A DNA stretch of 64,000 nucleotides, from positions 78,050-142,049 of the forward strand of contig CBFFRP010000036.1 of assembly GCA_965644295.1 (NCBI GenBank). Reading direction: 5' to 3'. Source of the DNA: Paraphysomonas bandaiensis (lineage: Eukaryota; Protista; Chrysophyceae). The translations under genes were made by a program, and so were the position numbers. The notes below the pieces were generated by a model that was not told where the DNA came from, searched no databases, and saw nothing but the letters and a program-made list of their open reading frames with translations. Below, one piece after another: positions 1-9,312 of this stretch (its first letter is position 1; the number at the start of each line of letters is the position of its first letter).

Positions 1-511
1 ATCCTCTCGGTAATAAAATCCTTTCCCAACTTCCCAATTACTTTTTTATTAGGAAGAGATGGAACACATATTCCAAATGGAGTGTATTTTGCCTATAAAA
101 AGTATAAGGCTTACATAACATATATATCTTATAACATACATATGTAATATTTATGACATGTATATACAATTATATATACCATACATAGATAACATACATA
201 TATACCGTGTATATATCATACATATACATACATATATATATAAATCTCTCTCTGTAATTGGGACAAACCAGACCCATTCATCTACACACCTTTAATACAT
301 CTCTTAAAGCACAGAACTCACTAAATCGATGTCTAACACCAATCAATTCACTATCCGATGATTTTAATAATACACGAAATGTTGTATATGATTTCGCCAT
401 AAATCCTGAATCTTTAACTGTTTCAGGATTTTCAACCCATATCTTCACATCTGTATTAGTAACATGATGTAACCATGTTTGAATTGTTTCATCGGTAATT
501 TTTGATGTCAT
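1..511 (-). CDS. PX-domain (sorting nexin-like) protein, 5' part; exons 511-290 and 92-<1
   Basis: Exon 1 has ...SYTTFRV...VRHRFSEFCALRDVLK. A GT..AG intron (289-93) joins in frame to AKYTPFGICVPSLPNKKVIGKLGKDFITER, giving the PX pattern (Y, R-x-S-E-F, PxLP-KK, F+xER). Truncated by the window edge. Confidence 0.85.
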
Positions 512-601
512 TGTTATGTATTGAATTACCTTAATATCTTAATTGCATTGGAGTTAGTGTATATAGAGGGGTATGTGGATGGAAGATTGCAACAGCAGGA
601 G

Positions 602-672
602 ATGTATGTATGTATGTATGTATGTATGTATGTATGTATGTATGTATGTATGTATGTATGTATGTATGTATG
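602..672. repeat. (TATG)n microsatellite
   Basis: Perfect tetranucleotide run in the intergenic region between the divergent PX and MLF genes. Confidence 0.97.
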
Positions 673-1124
673 ATGTGGCATATATATATATATATCTACT
701 GTATACTATCAGTATTCTCAAGGAGATCTAGCAGATCCACAGATCCATATATTCCATACCATACTTGCGTGGGACACCCATATGGAACCTTATGGTATCT
801 TAAAAAGACCTCTCTTTTCAGTTTATTAATTTTCTTTTGTTTTGTGGTACAGAAATAAACACCTGATTTCTAAGAAAATGCTTGATATTTCCAGACGAAT
901 CTCTGAAATATATCAGAAAAAGCCGATTTCTAGAAATCAAAAGCACTGTGGCCAGTGTATGCAGTCAATAAAGGAGTCATTTCTATGAAAAGTCCAACCG
1001 AAATTTCGAGAAACAGTGTATAAATCCGTGTATTTATAAGAATATAAACCAAAACACAGCATATCAAAACACTCATAATTACATACACCAGACAAGACAG
1101 AAGGATTTATATATACTACAAGAA

Positions 1125-1673
1125 ATGCTATCAACAAGAAGAAACGATATATTTGGTGATGATTTCTTTGATGATGACATGTCAAATGATATGTTTGGAG
1201 GGAGTTTGGCTAAGATGATGTCTCGATTTGATAATATGGACAGTGATATCATGACTACAGGCTTTCCCTCAGGTTCCAAGGGACAGTGTTACCAATCCTC
1301 CTATAGTATGTCTTATTCATCAGGAGGGGGGGGACAAGAGCCTATTAAAGTAACCAAATCATCTGTACAGGTGAGTAACAGTGATGGTTATGCTGAGAGA
1401 AGGGAAACATATAGCAACTCGAAAGAAGGAGTGGAGAAAGCTTCTGTCAGTAGGAAGATTGGTGACCGTGGAAGAAAGATAGAAAAGAGCAGAAATCGAC
1501 ATGGAGAAGAGAATTGTGTTGATACACTCTTCAATATGGATGAGAATGAAGCGAAACGCTTTGATAATGACTGGGAGGCGTATGCTGGAAATAATAATCT
1601 TCGTCTAACTGACGCTGCAAAGCCCAGTGGAAGAACAAAAGCTCGGAATTCTCCGAAGGCCCTGAAATATTAA
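1125..1673 (+). CDS. MLF: Myeloid leukemia factor (MLF) family protein
   Basis: 182-aa ORF with F/D/M-rich N-terminus, YQSSYSMSY, ERRETYSNS..G.EK....RKIGDRGRKIEKSRN..GEE.....FNMDE.EA..FD.DW. This matches the MLF family signature as I recall it. Confidence 0.85.
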   Translation: MLSTRRNDIFGDDFFDDDMSNDMFGGSLAKMMSRFDNMDSDIMTTGFPSGSKGQCYQSSYSMSYSSGGGGQEPIKVTKSSVQVSNSDGYAERRETYSNSKEGVEKASVSRKIGDRGRKIEKSRNRHGEENCVDTLFNMDENEAKRFDNDWEAYAGNNNLRLTDAAKPSGRTKARNSPKALKY

Positions 1674-2342
1674 CATGATGAGGTTTACAATGTCCACTTT
1701 TCGCTTTTACATTGTTACAGGAAAATGCAGTATTATGAAATATACCTCATCATTATTGACTTATAATTATTAGGGTACTTTCACAACAAATTGAATACGC
1801 AATTTTCAAATTGATTAAATAACATAACAACTTTTTTCATTTCATATGTACTATTTTATGCGAATTGATTGCTCACTGTCTACCACTTGAGAGCTGTCAT
1901 TATCCAGGAACTATGTGCTACATATTCCAGTACTCATAACGCATTCACTCATTTTAATCGACATTGTATTGTTTTATCCACAATTGTCTGATGAGGTGAA
2001 TTCTTTCATGGAGGTATATACTCGACAACGAAGTGCCAAATTCATTGTTCAACTAACGGTAGTAAACACATACACACCAGTAAACAGTGTACGTGTTATA
2101 ACAAGTATCCAAAGGAGAAGCAATAGCAGCGCTAGGAGATCGGCAGTGTCACATATAGCAACACAGAGAGCTATTGATTGCAACTTAAGAGCACACTTAC
2201 TTTTATTTTACTTCCCACTGTTTATGCGAGAAGCCTTGTACACGTTTCTGATGTATGATATTATACTACTTTAACCCTGTTAATTAAGAATCAAGGATGT
2301 CTTGATTGATTTATTGAGAAGTAATAGTGTTATATTTAAAGT

Positions 2343-2649
2343 TATTGAACTACAACCAACTCCTACGTGCGTACTTGAAGTTTGGTAAAGTCAATCGCTA
2401 GTAGTTATCCTGTATTCTATGTAGCAATGAAATACAGAATATACATGACTACAGTATAGGAGTAGCTATTACAAGTATACAAAGAAACTGAAAATATAGT
2501 AGCTGTTAAAGATATGATTTGTAGAACAGAATGTTGATGTTGGTGAATGACGTGGTTCCTAACTCACAGGGCTACAACATCATAAACTTACTATATCTCC
2601 TATAATATCAATCAGTCAATATTGCACTAACTAAAAGCGTAAATTAATA
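2343..2649 (+). repeat. Copia-A 5' LTR (TATT...AATA)
   Basis: Identical by eye to 7158-7464. Confidence 0.95.
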
Positions 2650-5600
2650 TGGTAGCGGATGGTAGTTTCACGAATGTCGCCTCAGGCTCAAAGGTACCTC
2701 CCTTCGAGGAACTGAACTTCAAGAAATTCAAGAAGTTCTTCACCTCATTCCTCATGAGACACAATCGAGCTCATCTTGTCCTCTCAAAGGATAAACCAAG
2801 GCACATTCATGATCTAGACTCTACAGTCCCAGCGGGAGCTCATATGACTGATGCACAGAAGAAGCGACTACGCAAAGCGAAGAAACTCTGGAACACCCGG
2901 AACGAGACCGCGTACTCCTTCCTGATGGAAGTGTGCAATGCTCACCCAAAAGCAGGCACAACAGCGGCTCTCTACGAAGGAAGTACAGCAAAAGGGTTAC
3001 TACAGGCACTGGAAGAGAGATTTCTCAACGTTGAAAAGAATACAGTACAGGCAGAGGTCACAAAGTTCAATTCAATGAAGATTACCTCAAGTCAGTCAGG
3101 AGCAGAGTTCGTCGACAGCGTTGAAGCCCAGGCCAAGATTCTCGAGAATCTAGGTCGTGAAGTCACGGAAGACGACAAGCTCACTCGACTAAAGGAAGGT
3201 CTCACAGACAAGAGATATTCCCAACTAGCACACAGCCTGTATACAGCAAACGATGTGACATACGCAAGAGCAAGCAGCCTAATCAAAGGGTATGAAAACA
3301 CATCATTCGGCAAGCATGCGTTGCAAAATTCAGGGGAAGACAGTGTCAATCAAGCAGTGGATGACAGTAAATGGAAAGAGCACAAGAGAAAGGGCAGATG
3401 CAATAAGTGCAAGAAACTTGGCCACTTTGCTAGGGAGTGCAAGACTCCAGAGCATGTCATAAAGAGGATGAAGGGGACAAGATCACAGAGAAAAGATAGA
3501 GATCACAGAAACAGGGGTGATAACAAAACAAAGCTACCTGTGTGTGAGATATGTGACATCCCAGGCCATCAGACTAAAGACTGCTTCCACTTGAAGACTG
3601 CTAAAGCTGCAGTGGTCAGTTCTAAACGGGGGCGAGACTCTAGAAGGGAAACGGCACCCTACAAGAACAAGAAGAAACCGCGAGTGTCTGTACATGATTC
3701 AGAAGATGAAGCGGGATACGAATCGATGATATGTGTGGAAGAAGAGGTGAATCTAGCACAGAGCATGTCAGATGTTATTTATTTAGACAGCGGGTGCAAC
3801 AAGATGATCCTTACCTCCAAAAACCACATGACCAACCTTCAGCGCGCTGATAGGCAGATGTCCACAGCGAACAAAGGTAAACTGTCAATACACAGTGTTG
3901 GCGATGTAGGAAGCTTTAAAAAGGTGTACTACGCACCTGAAGCAAGTAAGAACCTCGTAGATATGAAGAGCATCACAGATAGGGGTTGTGTTGTGACGTT
4001 CGATAATGATGAAGTCGTCATTCGAAATAAGACTACGAACAAGACACTCATTAGACAGAGAAGTGTTAATGGATTATATCCAGTTCGACTCGAAGACTTA
4101 CTTCAGCTTGGAGAAGAATCCTCAGCAGCACTTGAGGAGCAGGGGTTTGATGACCAGCGAATTCTATGGCACAAAAGACTTGGCCATGTCAACTATGATA
4201 AACTGACTGAGTCCGACCGCCGAGGCCTAGTTGATGGAATAAATCTGGACAAGAAATATTTCAGAAAAAAACACAAAAAAACGATATGCAAATGTAATAC
4301 CTGCATGCGATCGAAACTCACGAGAAAGAACTTCAGGACTCCACGCCAGTTGATGAACTTAGACAACAACCCAAAGGAGAGAGGGGTGCTCAGTGCAGAT
4401 ACGATGGAAGTCCTAAACACGCCATCGATGGAAGGCTACAAACATGTGTTACTATTCAAGCACAGTGATGCAAAACATGTATGGGCTTATGGGTTGAAAA
4501 ACAAGACTGGGAGTGAAGTGTTAAAGTGTATGAAGGACATGGTAGAGACCCAACTTGTCAAAGAAGGATTGCAACTACGACGATATCATGCAGATGGCGC
4601 AGGAGAACTAGTAGGGCAACATGTCAGGCAGTACTTACGTGAAACCACCAGCACAAGGACTGTACAGGTTACTTGGACTCCACGTGACACACCCGAAATG
4701 AATTCGCTATCGGAACGCACTAATCGTACAGTGAAGGAGATGGCCCTTGCTATATTGCTCGATAGTGGCATGCCATCAGTATTTTGGTTCAAAGCAGTCT
4801 TGCATGCTGTATATCTGATCAACAGGTTACCTACGAAGACAACGAAAGGATACATCTCACCTTTTGAGTATATTACTGGAACCGCACCAGATGTGAGTGA
4901 CTTGAAGATCTGGGGCTGCAAGGCATGGGCTATTGTGCCGAAGGAGCAGCGCCGCAAAGAGTGGAAAGAAAAGGGAAAACCTGGATACTATATGGGACAA
5001 TGTCAACAACCTGTTGGACACCAAATATATATTCCAGACCTGAATGCTATTATTGTTGCAGTCAATGCACAGTTTGATGAGTCAATTCCAGAGCGTTCAC
5101 AGGAGTATTTCGACGAAATAGATAATCTACAAATCGACACCTCAGAAACAGCAGAGAGTGTAAATGACTATCAGTACCTGGTGGGCCTCAGACATCTTGA
5201 TGGACACCTGTGTTATGTTACCACCAGAGTGATAGAGAGAAGAGGAGTCATTGTTGCATATAGGAGATTAGATATGAAAGGAAATACTACCGAGGAGCAA
5301 ACTCCAATTCATATCAAAGATGTAGTAAAGATGACTCACTCTACAAAGTGTCAGACCGACAAGTTTAATAGTTTGCGAAATGAGTTGGATCAGACTTGTA
5401 ATGACAGTGACAATGAACAGAGGACTCCTGACCGCTCAAATCGGGGCGCATCTTCAACAGGTGGGGCAGATCGAAATCCCAGAACTGAAAAACGACCTCG
5501 AAAAAAACGGCACATTGTTAACGTTGGTGTCCTCGGCGATGTCTCATTGTTTCTTGATTCCTCCAACAGCACAATTAAAGAGCCACAGACGCTGGCAGAA

Positions 5601-7109
5601 GCAAAGAAGACTCCACAGAGAACATACTGGATTGAAGCTACCAGGAAGGAGGTGCACAAGCTTGAACGAAGGACATGCTGGAAGATTGTCCGAAGGCCGA
5701 AACACCGAAAAATCATAAAATCTAAATTGGTCTTTAAAGTAAAGCGCGACCATCTTGGAAAAATTAAGAAGTTCAAAGTTCGACTTGTGGCGAAAGGGTT
5801 TACTCAAGAACAAGGAGTCGACTATAATGAGACATTCTCCCCAGTAGCTAAAGGTGTATCATTTAGGCTAGCACTGGCACTGGCTCTGCGATACAATCTG
5901 CAACTCCGTCAACTCGATGTAGAAACGGCATTTCCGTATGCAGATCTGGACGAAGACGTGTTTATGTCTCCACCTGCAGGAATAGATATTCCACAAGGCT
6001 GTTGTTTGAAGATTCTGAAGAGTTTGTATGGCCTAAAACAAGCGCCTCGAAATTGGCATTCAATGCTGAAGGACAGTATAAAGGCGATGGGGTATAAACA
6101 ATGTGTTCTTGACCCATGTTTATTTGTACTCAAGGGTACTGATGATAACCTACATATGATACTTGTGTATGTAGATGATATCATTGTGCTCAGCTCTGAC
6201 AGCCGTCATATTGAAGAAGTCATCAGCGCCTTTAAGACTCAATATGCCATGCAAGATATGGGGGACCTTAAGCATTATTTAGGTCTTACCATTGAGCGTC
6301 ATAATGGCCAGATTAAGTTACATCAGTCTGCATATGCTAAAGATGTTGTGGCCAGATTCAATCACTTGTTGTCAGAAAAGAAGAGACGGTGCAAGGCAAC
6401 CACACCTCTACCACCTGGCCTAAAGTTGTCCAAGGATGCAAAAGAGGAAGAAACTCGAAAACAGAGAGAATACGTTGATGCATTTCCCTATCAATCTGTT
6501 ATTGGTGCCTTAATGTATTTGGCAGTGCATACTAGACCAGACATGGCATATACAGTAAATCTTCTCTCCCGGTTCACCACAAGACCCACGTACGCTGCAT
6601 GTCAAGCTGCTCTGCATACTTTATTGTATTTAGAAAATACAGTTGATCAAGATTGGGCCGGAGATCTGGATACATGCAGATCCACTACAGGGTATATCGT
6701 ATATCTGTGGGGTGCTCCAATTGCATGGCAGTCCAGACTGCAGCCAACAGTGGCTACGTCGACTATGGAAGCTGAATATATGGCTGCATATGCTGCAATT
6801 CAGGAGATTGTATGGATACGAGGGGTGATGACAGAGCTCGGAATTCGTGGATTTGAGCTCAGTAAGAATGCGTCTCCAACAATCTTGAATATGGACAGCA
6901 AGAGTGCGATTGATCTAGCTCAGAACCCGGTAAATCATAAACGTTCCAAGCATATTCGGATCAAGTATCATTGGATTCGAGAGCAAGTGGGAGGCTGTAT
7001 CGTCAGGCTGAATCATGTGCCAACGGCAGAGATGACAGCAGACGTGATGACTAAAGCCTTGTCCGAGAAGCTGCACTATCAGCATGTGCACACTATGGTA
7101 TCGCACTAA
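2649..7109 (+). CDS. Copia gag-pol polyprotein (in-frame deletion at RNase H start)
   Basis: Two CCHC knuckles (CNKCKKLGHFAREC, CEICDIPGHQTKDC), protease YLDSGC, integrase HKRLGH..CNTC and D-D-E, RT YVDD, RNase H DWAG..EAEY..KHI..ADVMTK. Confidence 0.95.
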   Translation: MVADGSFTNVASGSKVPPFEELNFKKFKKFFTSFLMRHNRAHLVLSKDKPRHIHDLDSTVPAGAHMTDAQKKRLRKAKKLWNTRNETAYSFLMEVCNAHPKAGTTAALYEGSTAKGLLQALEERFLNVEKNTVQAEVTKFNSMKITSSQSGAEFVDSVEAQAKILENLGREVTEDDKLTRLKEGLTDKRYSQLAHSLYTANDVTYARASSLIKGYENTSFGKHALQNSGEDSVNQAVDDSKWKEHKRKGRCNKCKKLGHFARECKTPEHVIKRMKGTRSQRKDRDHRNRGDNKTKLPVCEICDIPGHQTKDCFHLKTAKAAVVSSKRGRDSRRETAPYKNKKKPRVSVHDSEDEAGYESMICVEEEVNLAQSMSDVIYLDSGCNKMILTSKNHMTNLQRADRQMSTANKGKLSIHSVGDVGSFKKVYYAPEASKNLVDMKSITDRGCVVTFDNDEVVIRNKTTNKTLIRQRSVNGLYPVRLEDLLQLGEESSAALEEQGFDDQRILWHKRLGHVNYDKLTESDRRGLVDGINLDKKYFRKKHKKTICKCNTCMRSKLTRKNFRTPRQLMNLDNNPKERGVLSADTMEVLNTPSMEGYKHVLLFKHSDAKHVWAYGLKNKTGSEVLKCMKDMVETQLVKEGLQLRRYHADGAGELVGQHVRQYLRETTSTRTVQVTWTPRDTPEMNSLSERTNRTVKEMALAILLDSGMPSVFWFKAVLHAVYLINRLPTKTTKGYISPFEYITGTAPDVSDLKIWGCKAWAIVPKEQRRKEWKEKGKPGYYMGQCQQPVGHQIYIPDLNAIIVAVNAQFDESIPERSQEYFDEIDNLQIDTSETAESVNDYQYLVGLRHLDGHLCYVTTRVIERRGVIVAYRRLDMKGNTTEEQTPIHIKDVVKMTHSTKCQTDKFNSLRNELDQTCNDSDNEQRTPDRSNRGASSTGGADRNPRTEKRPRKKRHIVNVGVLGDVSLFLDSSNSTIKEPQTLAEAKKTPQRTYWIEATRKEVHKLERRTCWKIVRRPKHRKIIKSKLVFKVKRDHLGKIKKFKVRLVAKGFTQEQGVDYNETFSPVAKGVSFRLALALALRYNLQLRQLDVETAFPYADLDEDVFMSPPAGIDIPQGCCLKILKSLYGLKQAPRNWHSMLKDSIKAMGYKQCVLDPCLFVLKGTDDNLHMILVYVDDIIVLSSDSRHIEEVISAFKTQYAMQDMGDLKHYLGLTIERHNGQIKLHQSAYAKDVVARFNHLLSEKKRRCKATTPLPPGLKLSKDAKEEETRKQREYVDAFPYQSVIGALMYLAVHTRPDMAYTVNLLSRFTTRPTYAACQAALHTLLYLENTVDQDWAGDLDTCRSTTGYIVYLWGAPIAWQSRLQPTVATSTMEAEYMAAYAAIQEIVWIRGVMTELGIRGFELSKNASPTILNMDSKSAIDLAQNPVNHKRSKHIRIKYHWIREQVGGCIVRLNHVPTAEMTADVMTKALSEKLHYQHVHTMVSH
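2650..2669 (+). promoter_or_regulatory. Primer binding site, initiator tRNA-Met type
   Basis: TGGTAGCGGATGGTAGTTTC directly after the LTR. It is complementary to CCA, A73, an acceptor stem ending GCU, the T-stem and the GAAA T-loop typical of eukaryotic tRNAi-Met. Confidence 0.8.
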
Positions 7110-7148
7110 GTAGACTTGCTCATCACAGTATATTCTGATATGTTCATT

Positions 7149-7157
7149 GAGTGGGAG
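7149..7157 (+). promoter_or_regulatory. Polypurine tract of Copia-A
   Basis: GAGTGGGAG immediately before the 3' LTR. Confidence 0.8.
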
Positions 7158-7464
7158 TATTGAACTACAACCAACTCCTACGTGCGTACTTGAAGTTTGG
7201 TAAAGTCAATCGCTAGTAGTTATCCTGTATTCTATGTAGCAATGAAATACAGAATATACATGACTACAGTATAGGAGTAGCTATTACAAGTATACAAAGA
7301 AACTGAAAATATAGTAGCTGTTAAAGATATGATTTGTAGAACAGAATGTTGATGTTGGTGAATGACGTGGTTCCTAACTCACAGGGCTACAACATCATAA
7401 ACTTACTATATCTCCTATAATATCAATCAGTCAATATTGCACTAACTAAAAGCGTAAATTAATA
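7158..7464 (+). repeat. Copia-A 3' LTR
   Basis: Direct repeat of 2343-2649, followed by TSD AAAGT. Confidence 0.95.
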
Positions 7465-8039
7465 AAAGTAATTGTCGCAGTTACTTTCTTTAAACAAATT
7501 AAACTTGAATTATTGAAATGGTAACACCAGTATAAAAATCCTAATGTTAAAGAATCGTATACATATACATATCAGCTTGTGAGGCACTTCATATTACACT
7601 TACATATCTAAATATAGTTACATTATTAATATCATCGTATTATGAACCCTTACAGATGCACCTCAATAGAATTGTCCTCGGAGATGTATAATAGTCAGAA
7701 TGATATGGAGTGCACTACAGAATATATTGCACCAATTTTTACAAAGATTAAAGCCCGTCGTGCATTCTTTTATGTAAATAGAACTACAATCATTTATCTT
7801 CTGTTGATTCGACTTTTGATATATCGTCATAGAACTAAGCTGTGCATCTCATACCAAAGCTGGCGTTGTCCCTCCTCTCCGCACCATTGTATTTATCATA
7901 GATATAGACGTGACGATGATCTGCGAGCATCAGCAAGGTAGCGCAATGATTTATTGTAATGATATTTGCAAGGATTCTGTATGCAAAAGAAATTTGTTGG
8001 CAATATAATTCTTGCCTACAAGGTGATGAGCAAATTGTA

Positions 8040-8370
8040 GCATAGCTAACCGACTCCTCTATTATTACACCATAAGAAGTTGATGCATCAAGATCGGAGA
8101 GTAATGGCCGTAACCATAAATCCTCTTTATATACACAAACGTAGAGTAACAGTAGTGTGCAACGATATTGCTGAGATATTACAGTATTGCGAATAAAAAA
8201 GGTGAAAGCTGTGGGTGAACGGAGAGTTAAATGACTACTAGGCGAATCACTCTATATGCCATCCAAATAGCATTGCAAACACTCCTGGGCATGCCAAACA
8301 TAACTACACTTCATGTGACTTTCAGGTACCTGAAAATATGTCTGTTAGTATTCCATGTCTATAGGTTCGA
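8040..8370 (-). pseudogene. Decayed copia RT/RNase H fragment
   Basis: Minus-strand translation with stops: WNTNRHIFRYLKVT (cf. HW.A.KRI.RYLKGT), DGI*SDSPS...RSPTAFTFF...VIS (cf. G+.DSD.A...RSTTG+.F...IS), KEDLWLRPLLSDL. Boundaries are approximate. Confidence 0.7.
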
Positions 8371-9312
8371 CATGTTCGATGAATCATAAATCAAGTAGTC
8401 TAAAGGGAAAAGTAGAGCTTATCTAGTGCGGGGTTTTCCATGGTGACAATGTGGTCTCATTGACGCTTATAAAAATTTATAACACGCCTATCCTCCATAG
8501 ATTTTAAAGCTGACTGTAATATACGTACCCACTATTGTGTGCACATGTACATCATAAGTGTAACTATAAGTGCCACTACTTGGAGAAAACTAAACTAGAT
8601 AGTATTAATGTGGTAAGACTGCACAGTATGTGATTTTGTGCTGTCATTGCCATTCCCATGCATCCATGTATGCATGTATGCATGCACGTTGCCCCTGGTG
8701 CGGTCATTGACTGTTACTTATGGTTGGAATGAATGCTGTTTTTTGCATTTCGTCGTACAGCTGTTATAATAACTGGTGAAGGAAATATTAGATTTTTACA
8801 TATAGAAACTTTCAATTTTTGTATAAAAATCATATGAATTCTCTATGCTTACCAACCAGAATCGTAAGTTTTTATGCAGCAATTTATGTGATTTTTCCAT
8901 ATGAGAAGTGAGTTTCCTCATATGTATCGTACTCCATAGTCTTCCCTTGTACGCTATGTACTACATGTACCACGTACGACAACTCGTATATCCAAGTGCA
9001 CCTACACAATAATGTACCAGTGCGTATCCATGAAAATTTGACGACAGTCCAGGCCTATATATATACGTAAGTTTGTATATGGTTGTATATACCGCAAAAC
9101 AAAGTAGTGGACATACATACATACGTACACATACATACATACATACATACAGATACTATCACCATATATATACATGGTAAACACCTCTCAATATCGTCTA
9201 TTCCCCTCATATATATACAGTTATCATGAAGAATATAATTAAACTGTAAATAACTGAACTTTTCTTATTCAAATAGTCATATCATATCCATCCATACGCG
9301 AATATTACAGAA

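Larger units (their letters stand above)
2343..7464 (+). mobile_element. Full-length Ty1/copia LTR retrotransposon (Copia-A)
   Basis: Two 307-bp direct repeats, TSD AAAGT (2338-2342 and 7465-7469), PBS, PPT, and a single gag-pol ORF in PR-IN-RT-RH order. Confidence 0.97.

Noticed and set aside
2047-2195. Possible old solo LTR related to Copia-A (TGTTCAACTA..., ACAAGTATCCAAAG)
   Set aside because: Only short patches of similarity and no TSD; cannot be supported by eye.
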